Positions 11,201 through 20,780 of a DNA stretch of 64,000 nucleotides are shown in pieces (position 1 is the first letter of the stretch; each line of letters begins with the position of its first letter). The notes under the pieces were generated by a model. It was given only the letters and a program-made list of their open reading frames with translations, was not told the origin of the DNA and did no database searches. Source of the DNA: a virus; IMG/VR virus record IMGVR_UViG_3300050821_003315; one strand, given 5' to 3'. Position numbers and translations under genes: made by a program.

Positions 11201-14200
11201 GAGTCCAAGAGACTTCAGCACACTGCTGCCTAGGTTACCCGCAGCCTTCATGGTGTTAGCGATAGCCGCGCTAACAGTAACCTCAGCGCCAACCTTACCG
11301 CCACCATCCACGTTGGTGTGGACGTGCACGCCGTAGTTACCGGACATCCTCTTAAGGGAGTTCCACATAGCGTCGGCTTCAGTCTTGCTGTAGCCCAACT
11401 TCTGCGCCAAGGTGTTGAATGCCTGGTGAGACATCGTAGCCTTGTGCGTAATCTGGTCAAGGTACTGCTGCTGTAGCGTGCGCCACAGAGCGTCAGCCTT
11501 TACCGTGCTAACGTGCCACGCATTGCTTAGGGCATCGAACTGGCTCTTGTTACGCGAAGCCTTAGCCGTCAGCGTGTCGAAGTACTGCTGGTGCAGCATG
11601 TTCCACAAAGTGTTAGCTTCACCGGTGCTGATGTGCGCAGAACGTGCCCAGGCATCGAATGCGCTCTTGCTTACGCCAGTCTTGCCTGTAAGCGCGTCTA
11701 GGTACTGCTGGCGCATCATTGACCACAGTTGGCTAGCTGCACCTGTGTTGACACCGAACTGGTGAGCTAGCTTTTGCAGCTGACTATTGGTCACTCGCGA
11801 CTTGTTAGACAGCATGTCGAACTGCTGCTGACGGGACTGCGCCCACATTTGTGCGGCGGCGGTATTAGTAATACCGAAACCCTTGGCCAAGCGTATGAAT
11901 GCACTGTAGCTTACGTTAGCCTTGTTGGTCAGCGTGTCCAGATACTGACGGCGCAGCATGCTCCACAGTGCGTTAGCCTGAGTCCGGTTCAAGCCAAGTG
12001 TGTCAGCTAGTCGTCCGAGCTGGCTGTGAGTAATGCCCGCCTTACCCGACAACGCGTCCAGGTACTGCCGGTGCATTACGGCCCACAGTGTCTGTGCCTG
12101 AGTTCCGCTAACTCCGAACTGGTGGGCCAGGGACTGTAGCTGACCTACAGTAATGCGAGACTTGCCAGACAGCATGTCGAACTGCTGCTGGTGTGCTCGT
12201 TCCCACAAAACTACAGCACTAGAAGCTGTAACACCGAACTGGTGGGCTAGCTTCATGAACGCGCCGAGCGTGCCGGCGGCCTTGTTCTTCAGCATGTCTA
12301 GGGAACCGTCGTGGAACTTGTTCCACAGAGCGTCAGCCTGGGTCTTGCTAATGCCGAACTGCCTTGCCAGCTTCTCAAACTCAGTTCGCGTGCCAGCGGT
12401 TTGATGGAGCAGTCCCTGAAGACCGTTTTCCTTAAGCCGACCCCACAGCTTGGTAGCTTCCTGGGCACTCATTCCCATAGATTCACCGAAGTGAACCCAG
12501 GCAGCTCGCGAAGCTGTGACGCTGGTGATGTTAATCTGCGTGGCCTTAGCCACCTGAGCCATGGATAGGGCAGCGGTGCGGTTAGCAGCAGCATTAGCAT
12601 TTGTGGCAGCGTTGTTCTTGATAAGCGCGTCAGCCATCTTAGTGGCTGTAGCCTGGCTAACGCCCATCTGCTCTAGATAGGCTTCCAAGGATTGCCGTGC
12701 CATGCCAACGTTATGCGTTTGCATCAAGAATGCCTGAGCTACAGGTTGTGCAGCCTTCAACATCTGGCCCCAGCCCTGACCACCGACTTGAGAACCAGCC
12801 TTTACCCACGCGAGAGTAGCTTTAGCCAGGTTCTCAAGCTTCGGCCCCATGTTTTCCGCTGCCATGATGGCGTTGGACTCCGCTGTCAGAAGCTGTGAGT
12901 TCATGGTCTGAGAAAGCCGTGCTACGTCCTGGTTAAGGTTAGAGCTAGCAACCGTCAACAAGTTCATCTGCTTGTTAAGGTCACCAGTAGCGTTGGAGGC
13001 ATTACCTGCCCACTTGGTGATTGCCTGGAAGTCAGTAGTACTGCCTGTAAAGCCCCCAGTCTGTGCCAGAGCGCCTAGCATCGACGTAGCGCCCGGATTC
13101 CCCCGGACGCCCGGTACGTTGCCCAGCATGGCTACTGTGTCCTTAGCGGCCCTAGCAGACGCTAGATTAGCGCCCGGAGTGTTACCTGCCAGCGCAGCCT
13201 GAGTCATCAAGGAGTTCATCAGGGTCTCAGCCTGCTGAATCTGCTGTACGTAAGCAGCAAGGGAAGCAGCGCCTGCCTGAGTAACGCCACCGATTACACC
13301 GCCGCTGCCAGTGATAGGCTGGCTAGCGCTTACCTTGCCGTTAGCGAATGTGAAGGTACCGGTGTTGCCCCCAGCACCCCCTGCCGCTCCACCAGACGCG
13401 GCGGACGCGCCGGGAGGCGCTAGCGAAGTAGCTAGCGTGCCCATGCCCTGCTGGAACTGCGCGAACTGCTGTGCGCTGCCCGTAACCATCTGGATGAACT
13501 GTGAGTAAGCCTGCGTAACCTTTTGTACTTCGCCAAGCGTGTTAGAAGTACTTAGGGTCAGAGCGTTCATGGCCGAAGCAGCGCCACCGATGGCAGGGGA
13601 CATCGCCTGGAAGCCCACCAAGGTACCCTGAATCATTACCATGTCCTGCTGCCACGCACCCTTGTTACCGTGCAAAGCAGCAGTCTGGTCAGTAATCAAT
13701 TGCTTGGTGGTGATGCCAGCAGCGTTAAGCAAACCTATAGCAGCCGTCTGGCTGCCCGTCATCTTAGTGACAGCGGCAATACCGGAGTTGTACGCCTGCA
13801 TCTGGCCATTCATGGCGTCGAGGCCGGCCTTCAGGTCCTGGTAGTGCTGAAGGAGAAGTCCTGCGGACTCTCCTGCGGCACGTCCATACCTAGCCTGGAA
13901 CTGCAAGATGTTTGTAGCCTGCTGGAACGTTACATTCGTGCCCCTTAGTGCACGTCCCGCCGCAGTCTGAGTCATCGCGTAATTCATGATGGCTGCCTTA
14001 GCCACATTTACGCGGTCTGAAATCTGGTTATAGCTGTTCTTGGCCGCTGCTAGGTAATCGGCTAGCGGAGCATTTTGTGCCAAGTCTTCTTGTGTCTTGA
14101 CCCAGGACTGCGTTTCGTTGTCAACGTGGTGAATGGCCAGGTACAGCAGTCCTGCACCTACCGCAAGACCAGCCATTACGCCTAGGCCAATAGGTCCAAG

Positions 14201-16660
14201 TCCTGTGAAGGACGAGACCATGCCTAGTAGGCCCTTTCCTGCGCCCTTTGCCATACTGCCCAGGCGAGAAGTAACAGACGAACCTTCGTCTAGGGCCTTC
14301 CAAGCACCCTTAGTCTTGGTACCCATGTTACTGAAGTTACCGATAAGGGAACCCAGGCCACCGCCCAGCTTCTGGAACTTACCCCGAGTATCTTCAGATG
14401 CCGCAGCCGCATCCTTAAGGCCCGCTTCGCCTTCCTTGGTGCGGTCGCTTAGGTTAGTCATGCTGGCGGAAAGGTTAGTCGCCTCCTCTGCGCCATTCTT
14501 CAGCTTTGCGCCCGCAGCGTTAGTAGCTGAAGCTAGGTTGTTGGTGGCCTCCGCAGCCTCACGCTCAGAATCAGCGAAGTCAGCTACCTTAGAACGAGCA
14601 CTAGCAAATCCCTGAAGGAATCCTCCAAGTAGGCTCCGACCTACAGTTGCCAGCAACGTGACCAAGATACCCAGGTAAACTACCGCGCCGTGAAGCTTAA
14701 GGCCAAATCCAACAATTGCCTGGAATAGCGGTGAACCTGTGATGTCTTCAACAATCTTAAGGAATGCTGTTCCAAGACCCAGCAGGATTTCAGCGTAGTG
14801 AGGCACTACCTTACCCAGGTTACCCAAGATTCCCAGGAAGTTACCGATAGCCGTGCCCAGCTCGTAGAACATCTTCGCGCCACCGGACAAGAAGTTGCCG
14901 AAGCCGTTCTTAAGCGCCACAGTGGCACGAGCACCGAGCTTGTCTACAAGCGGATTCATCTGCTTCAGGAAGCCAACGAATGCCCCGGAGCGAGCGTTGA
15001 CCACGTTGATTGCGTCACCAAGAAGCTGCCATACCGCAGGACGAACAGCAGCCTGCATGTTGTCACTAAATAGCTTTGTCTCGCCCTTGAAGTTATTGAG
15101 AGACTTGCCTGTAGCAGCAACAGCCGTTCCCATGTTCTGGAATTGAGTTACAACCGACTTAATGTCAGGAGCTGCGGCTGCACCCCATGCTGCGAATGCG
15201 ATAGTTGCAGGTACCCACACAGCGATTACTTCAAAAATAGCGTCAGCAAGCAAGTGCCAACCGCTAACGAAGCTAAGCAGGTAAGTGTCAAGCTTATTGA
15301 ACATGCCGCCGAACAAGGTGACGTGGCCCATGCCCTTCAGGAAGCCACCTACCGCGCCAGTCATCAAGTTAATACTGTTAGTACCATCCCGGCCAGCACC
15401 TGCTACGGTGTCTCCGAATCGCCCTACTACACCTGTCAGGCCACTCATGTCAGCGAAGACGCTCTTAGTGCCCTGGTCCAGGGTGCCAAATTCGTGGGAC
15501 GCCTTATTAACGACATTCTCAAGAGTCGCGAAATTATTTAGCAGGTTGCTAAGGCTAGCGTGCGGAGACAGGTTGGACATGCGCTCCTGAATAGCTAGAA
15601 CACGCGCCATCAAATCGTCCAGGGCTACCTTAGCCTCAGAGTCACTAACGTTAGCTCGCAGGTTTAGCAGTAGCTGACGCATTCCTTCAGTCTGCGAGAC
15701 TGTCTTAACTAGGAAGTTTTCCACGTCCTGGTCATTAATATCTGCCCGTAGCTTTAGCTTTTCCTGAAGAGCATTAATTAGCGTCTCTTCGCGAGTTAGT
15801 CCTTGCAGCAGCGGATTCATATCCAGCTTGATAACTACAGGCCGCGTCATGTCCTCCATCAGGAGGTCAGCTTCCTTGCGGGCTGCGGCTAGCTTAAGCA
15901 AGAACGGAGTTACGTCTCCGTCCATAGGCATGTTCTTAAGCTGCTTTTGCAGGGTAGCTACTTGGGCAATAGATGTTGCGAACTTGCGCATCATTGATGC
16001 GTCGTCCACGTCCATCGCCATATCCTTAAGGTCGTCCTTAAGGGTGTTCGCCTCACCAATAGCCTTAGCAATCTGAGCCTGAAGCTTAGTGGCGTCTGCG
16101 CCTATGTGCAGGTTACGCAGGTCCTTGGAAAGGTCCTCGAACATACCACGAGCTTGAGCAAGCTTTGCCATCAGCGGAGCAACATCAGCATCTGCCTTGA
16201 GATTCTTAATTTGCTTTTCAAGGCCAGCGACGAATGAGCCAACCGCTCCCAGCTTCTTGAGAGCATTAGCGTCATCAATGTTAAGCTCAGCGCCGCGCAT
16301 GATAGCTGCCTTGAGCTTGTCCAGATAACCCTGCATCACAGCGACCTGACGGTCAGCCTGAGACATGTCCATATTAAACTTAACGGAGGGACGACCTAGC
16401 GCCTTTACGGCAGTTTCAAAGCGTGCTAGTTCGGCTACGGCTTCGGTCGTAACGAACTGGAGGCGCATTGCAGGATTAGCGGCCTTTACGGTAGCCATAA
16501 TCTTGGCTACGGCGCTGTCTACTTGCTTAGTATTAGCGCCAATGTTAAGTTCGGGACGCAATCCTGCCATCTGCGCGCGAATCTTCGCGTCAAGCTGAGA
16601 CCGGAAAGCGTCTGTAATCGGGACAACAGCAACACCGGCTTCACCGAGTATCCGGGTCAC
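8210..16660 (-). CDS. Tape measure protein with C-terminal lysozyme-like, NlpC/P60 and SLT transglycosylase domains
   Basis: 2816 aa, Ala-rich helical protein after the tail chaperone. Motifs YGESAGNP...[8 protein letters not shown], YRWGG...WDCSSF...GHVG and [31 protein letters not shown]. Confidence 0.95.
   Translation of the reverse strand: [2816 protein letters not shown]
11360..12480 (-). repeat. About 9 tandem 40-aa (120 bp) repeats within the tape measure
   Basis: LW....QQYLD.L..K....F..LA..FG unit; DNA motif -actgc- recurs near 11461, 11581, 11701, 11821, 12061 and 12181, with a degenerate copy (-actga-) at 11941. Confidence 0.9.
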
Positions 16661-16692
16661 TATACACCTCCGGGCGGGAATTTAACGTCTAT

Positions 16693-17052
16693 TTACAGTA
16701 TCACAGGGTCCAATGCCAGAGTTAGGAAAGGATATCTCCTGTGCATTTGAATAGCTGGGCGCTCCAAGAATATGGAAGGGTTTGCCAAAGCATTAACCCC
16801 AGCGAAAGGTTTGCCCGCATCATCGTAACCCCACACGGAGTGCACTGATGCGCGTGTAGTACCCGGAGGCCGCACAGCATTAGACCTAGCTGTCCAGTAA
16901 TTCCGGCCCTTCATGACGGGTGCGGCAGCCTTTGCGATAATTGTCATACGCTGGCTCATGTCATACATGTAGCGGCCCACAGGACCATCAGCCTCAGAAA
17001 GGAGAAATTCAATAGCCGCATCGTCAAGCTTTAGCGATACAAAATCCGCCAT
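16693..17052 (-). CDS. HK97 gp10-like neck/tail-completion protein
   Basis: Start ATG 17052 after AAGGAGG; AKAAAPV...GTTRASV...RYPFLTLAL pattern typical of the gp10 family. Confidence 0.6.
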   Translation of the reverse strand: MADFVSLKLDDAAIEFLLSEADGPVGRYMYDMSQRMTIIAKAAAPVMKGRNYWTARSNAVRPPGTTRASVHSVWGYDDAGKPFAGVNALANPSIFLERPAIQMHRRYPFLTLALDPVIL

Positions 17053-17068
17053 TGAATTCCTCCTTTTC

Positions 17069-17473
17069 TTATGAGCGTCCGGACCCCATGAAGTTTCCGG
17101 GAATTTCTTCATCCTTGTCAGCGTACATCCACGCGTTATTCATCATAGCCTGCATTTGCGGGCTGACTTCAACGTTTTCCGTATCAATACCCTGAACCTT
17201 TTGCCAGTGCTGTAGAGCCTGACGGGCTTCCTCTTCCTTGTCCGTCTCCATGCCTATCTTCTCAAGCATGACCATGTACTCGTCACCTTCAACAAGATGG
17301 CCACACTCATTACGGAAGTTATCTTGGATAATGCTGAATACTATGTTGCAGACTTCGCGCGGCGTGAACGAGGCGACGCCTTTACCGTGCTTACGGAGGA
17401 GTTCTCCGTCGATTCTGCGGAAGTTGACGGCGGTGTATCCGAGGAAGAACCGGGCCGCTCGGTAGGGTTTCCC
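17069..17473 (-). CDS. -1 frameshift extension of the tail assembly chaperone (gpGT-like)
   Basis: Slippery heptamer GGGAAAC at 17473..17467. The -1 frame (PYRAARFFLGYTAVNFRRIDGELL...) is open and joins ORF 17069..17275. Confidence 0.85.
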   Translation of the reverse strand, partial: GKPYRAARFFLGYTAVNFRRIDGELLRKHGKGVASFTPREVCNIVFSIIQDNFRNECGHLVEGDEYMVMLEKIGMETDKEEEARQALQHWQKVQGIDTENVEVSPQMQAMMNNAWMYADKDEEIPGNFMGSGRS

Positions 17474-17826
17474 GTAATAGCCTCCATGCAGACATTCACG
17501 AAGTCCAGGACTTCTTCTGCATCCGACTTAATGCGAGTAGCGTGCTTAACCCAGGCAGGGAATTCAGGGGCGTCAACCATGTCCTGGAGGATTGCCCACA
17601 TCGCGCCCATAGCGCCCGAGTCGTCTGTGCTAAGGTCAGCAGCGGCTGCCCAGCGCATGAGGGGAATGATGCCGATTTCGTCGGCAAGCCTATACTCCAC
17701 GCCGTCAAATTCAACGAACTTGGAACCATCGCGTGCAAACGCGGCAGGCTTGCCCTTAGCTCGCGCTTCCTTTTCAGCGGACGCAAGCTGAAGTTGAGTA
17801 AGCTCGTTCTCTTCCGTAGAAGCCAC
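17341..17826 (-). CDS. Tail assembly chaperone (gpG-like)
   Basis: Lies between the major tail and tape measure genes; contains slippery G GGA AAC. Confidence 0.85.
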   Translation of the reverse strand: MASTEENELTQLQLASAEKEARAKGKPAAFARDGSKFVEFDGVEYRLADEIGIIPLMRWAAAADLSTDDSGAMGAMWAILQDMVDAPEFPAWVKHATRIKSDAEEVLDFVNVCMEAITGNPTERPGSSSDTPPSTSAESTENSSVSTVKASPRSRRAKSAT

Positions 17827-17935
17827 TTTAATTTCTCCGAATCATGAAGTACTGGACGTGTCACAGCTTAGTCGGTAGTAGGCTGTTCGTGTCACAATCG
17901 GAGAAGAATTCTGCAAAGCTATTTCGTGGGTGACT

Positions 17936-17980
17936 AAATACAGCCCCAGAGTCGTGTGGCGCGACTCTGGGGCTGTTTGT
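17936..17980 (-). terminator. Intrinsic terminator after major tail gene
   Basis: 14-bp perfect inverted repeat cagccccagagtcg / cgactctggggctg followed by TATTT on the minus strand. Confidence 0.8.
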
Positions 17981-17987
17981 CTCAGGA

Positions 17988-18422
17988 TTAGGTACCGGAA
18001 ACGCCAGATACCGGGTAACGCTGTACGATGGACGCGGCATTCCAGGTGGACTTCATGGTCACAGCCGCTGCCACGCCGCCAGTTACGGCGAAGTCAGGCA
18101 GGATGGTACCGAAGAAGTACTGACCAGGGTTAGCGCCCTGAACACCGATGGTGCTCGGGTACAGGTAGAAGTTACGCGGCTGACCGTCCTTCGCAGCAAT
18201 GTAGGTCTGCGCGGTTGCGGTGTCGTAGAAGCCGCTGAAGTCACCAGAAGCGTCCGGAAGACCGGATACCCAGATGAGGTTGGAGTCGCCAAGTGCCGTC
18301 ACATCGACCTTGGCAACAGTGAAGTTAATTGTCCAGTCGGACACAAATGCCATGGGAGATGCAGCATCGGCGGGGTTTACACCGAGGTACACAATCCCAT
18401 TTCGGCCGTGAATACGCGACAC
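17988..18422 (-). CDS. Major tail (tube) protein
   Basis: SRIHGRNGIVY...DWTINF...VDVTALGD...SGLPDASGDFSGFYD, a tail-tube signature; biased codon usage; terminator downstream. Confidence 0.88.
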   Translation of the reverse strand: MSRIHGRNGIVYLGVNPADAASPMAFVSDWTINFTVAKVDVTALGDSNLIWVSGLPDASGDFSGFYDTATAQTYIAAKDGQPRNFYLYPSTIGVQGANPGQYFFGTILPDFAVTGGVAAAVTMKSTWNAASIVQRYPVSGVSGT

Positions 18423-18535
18423 GGGGTCACCCTCTCGTAACTAGGTACGTTCAGATGGGCCTCGTGAGCATCCGGCGGACACGGCTCCCTCAGATTTAAG
18501 GGTAAGGGAAAAACTCTCCTCGCGCTACCCCAATT

Positions 18536-18697
18536 CTACAAGCGACCCGGCTTAGCTTGACTTTCTTTATCTTGAGTAACCTTAGAAATACCCTCTAGGT
18601 AGCTTTCAGCACATTCTTGAGAGCAAAGGTCCACCTCTTCGTGGACCCCTCGCCAATAAGTGCCGCACTGAGCGCACTCAAGCCAGTCCTTGTGCAT
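18536..18697 (-). CDS. 53-aa Cys-rich (CxxC...CSxxC) putative zinc-binding protein (below ORF-track cutoff)
   Basis: MHKDWLECAQCGTYW...DLCSQECAESYL; TAATG coupling to the upstream gene. Confidence 0.6.
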   Translation of the reverse strand: MHKDWLECAQCGTYWRGVHEEVDLCSQECAESYLEGISKVTQDKESQAKPGRL

Positions 18698-19779
18698 TAG
18701 AAGAAGCCTAGATTATCCATTTCGTTCATCAGCCACTGCCCGTGAGCATCAAAATTCCGGTCAGCAATAGCTTCTCGCGCCTGGTTGCCCAACCCTACTC
18801 GCCTGTCTTCGTCAGCCAGTAGCCAGCGGAGCTTTTCTGTGGCGTCATCAGGGGTTGTGAAGGTAGGCAGGAACGGGAAAGTCTCGTCGCTTTCAGCCCT
18901 AGGGTCACGCAGGAACGGTAGTCCGCAAGCGGCCATTTCTACTTCCCTAGGACCCATGGCCCAGCCATCGTAGTTGTTGTGGCTTTCCCCTTCACGACGA
19001 TAAAGGTTAATTCCTGCACGAGAACCCCGGTATACCCGAGCTGTCTCCGCGTTCTCCACACAGTGGTCAGGGTCGTGGCTCAAGAATTTCCTCAAGGGTG
19101 ACTCAGAATCCATGGTGTCCCAGGCACTACCGCCTAGAGCTACATCCATGCCTGTGAAGTCCATGCGCTCCAGAAACTTAATCCTTGAGGGGAATGCGGT
19201 TCCCACAAAAGCGAAGTCAGACGGGTCCTCGTGCGCCTCGCCAGCGGGCTGCGGATAGTGAACAAGAGGGTGGTAGGCGTGAGGAACATAGTAAGCGGGG
19301 GCTTCCAGAGTCCGCCACTCGGCCAAGTTCATGGGGTCATTGACGAGGTTAAGGTCAGCGAATTGTCCTCGGAGATATTGTTCTCCGTCTTGGTAGGGCG
19401 ACTCCGTGTGAATCAATACTACCTTGCGGCCTCGTAGGCGCATTAGCTCGAACATGCCAGCCGTCGTGTAAAAAGCTGACACGAATATCATGACATCAGG
19501 CATGAAGGTCCACACCGCGTGAGAAAGACCCTGCATGGTTAGCAGCATTGCCTGCTCGTTGTCCAGCGCTGTCTTCACTCTAAACTGGTCACAAGTAGGA
19601 CACGGCCTCTGGTAGTCCCAATCACGAAGCTGAGCCTGCGCATAGAACGACAAGCGGTCATTAGTGTTGTAAGTCGCTACGACCGCCCCTTGACGTTCTA
19701 GGCCATACTTCCAGCCATTGAAAACGTCAGCTACGGAAAAGTCTGGCCCAGGATGAACCAGTAGAATACGCGGTGCCAC
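18697..19779 (-). CDS. CgeB/YkvP-like glycosyltransferase (GT-B fold)
   Basis: DFAFVGT...R...YRGSRAGINLYR...MGPREVEMAACG, a CgeB-type C-terminal domain. Confidence 0.85.
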   Translation of the reverse strand: MAPRILLVHPGPDFSVADVFNGWKYGLERQGAVVATYNTNDRLSFYAQAQLRDWDYQRPCPTCDQFRVKTALDNEQAMLLTMQGLSHAVWTFMPDVMIFVSAFYTTAGMFELMRLRGRKVVLIHTESPYQDGEQYLRGQFADLNLVNDPMNLAEWRTLEAPAYYVPHAYHPLVHYPQPAGEAHEDPSDFAFVGTAFPSRIKFLERMDFTGMDVALGGSAWDTMDSESPLRKFLSHDPDHCVENAETARVYRGSRAGINLYRREGESHNNYDGWAMGPREVEMAACGLPFLRDPRAESDETFPFLPTFTTPDDATEKLRWLLADEDRRVGLGNQAREAIADRNFDAHGQWLMNEMDNLGFF

Positions 19780-19795
19780 TATCCGCTACCTCTCT

Positions 19796-20254
19796 TTACG
19801 CCATTATCTGAACTTCAAGGCGAGCACCGAAGTACTCCACACCACCGTAGGGAAGCCTACCATAATGCCCGACTTGAATAGGCACAGTGCTCATAACTAT
19901 GCCGCCTAGCGTGGGGTCCATCTGAATGGCCATAGGTACGGAAATCTGGTCAGCCGCAGTACCTAGGTCAAGAAAAGCGTCCAGTTGCTGCTGCTCGCGG
20001 TCAGCCGTTGAGCTGTCTGACACCAGAATTAGTACGCAAAGATTAACACAAACGCCAAATTGCATTTGCCCAAGGTCGTTGAAGGTGTCAGCAAAGGTAT
20101 CGCCGTACTTGATGTAGGGACTGCCAGGCAGAATTAGTGCTACAGGCCCTACTCCCTGGTCCAGTGGTTCAGCTTGCGCTCGTAGCTGCGGGTTTACGCA
20201 GTACGTCTGAATCTGGTTAGCTAGCGCTTGGCGGATTTGAGTCAGTGTTGCCAC
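19796..20254 (-). CDS. Tail terminator-like protein
   Basis: MATLTQIRQALANQI...DPTLGG...YGGVEYFGARLEVQI pattern; position in the neck module; GTG at 20254 after GGAGAGGAG. Confidence 0.7.
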   Translation of the reverse strand: MATLTQIRQALANQIQTYCVNPQLRAQAEPLDQGVGPVALILPGSPYIKYGDTFADTFNDLGQMQFGVCVNLCVLILVSDSSTADREQQQLDAFLDLGTAADQISVPMAIQMDPTLGGIVMSTVPIQVGHYGRLPYGGVEYFGARLEVQIMA

Positions 20255-20780
20255 GTTGTATCTCCTCTCCAAGTACTGCTGTCATAGGTGCGGGTGGCGC
20301 AGTGGCTATAGCTGATTTAACGTTAATGGCGCGCAAGATAGCGTGAACATCACTTTGCAGGTCTTCAAGCAAAGCCGTGGCTTCTTTAATCTGCGCTGTC
20401 ATATCGTTGTTCTCAGTAAGAAGCTCGTCCATCTTAGAAGTTTCCGTGTAATGCGCGATAGATTGTTCTGCGGCTACACGGTCAGCTCTCTTAGCTGCGA
20501 TAAGGATTAGTGCTCCTTGCAGGCCAGCCATCATGGATAGTGACAAGTTCAGTAGGATGTAAGGGTAGTGGTCAAATCCGCCATGAAGCACGACGGTGTT
20601 CAACAGCATCCATATTGCCATGAACCCTAGGAAACTGCCAACGAAAGCCCAGGAGCCAAAGGCGTTACGCATAATGTCAGCAGCGCGTTCACCGAAGGTT
20701 AGCTGGTTGTCAGTGCGCACATGAGGGTGCATTCTCCACAGCCCCCGTCCGGTGTAAATACCTTTACCATCGCTACTCAT
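20217..20780 (-). CDS. DUF1003-family membrane protein
   Basis: TFGERAAD...FGSWAF...FDHYPYILLNLSLS...LQGALIL signature. Confidence 0.88.
   Translation of the reverse strand: MSSDGKGIYTGRGLWRMHPHVRTDNQLTFGERAADIMRNAFGSWAFVGSFLGFMAIWMLLNTVVLHGGFDHYPYILLNLSLSMMAGLQGALILIAAKRADRVAAEQSIAHYTETSKMDELLTENNDMTAQIKEATALLEDLQSDVHAILRAINVKSAIATAPPAPMTAVLGEEIQRGNTDSNPPSAS

Noticed and set aside
8682-16750. Numerous plus-strand ORFs over the tape measure
   Set aside because: Antisense shadow frames with no RBS or recognisable motifs.
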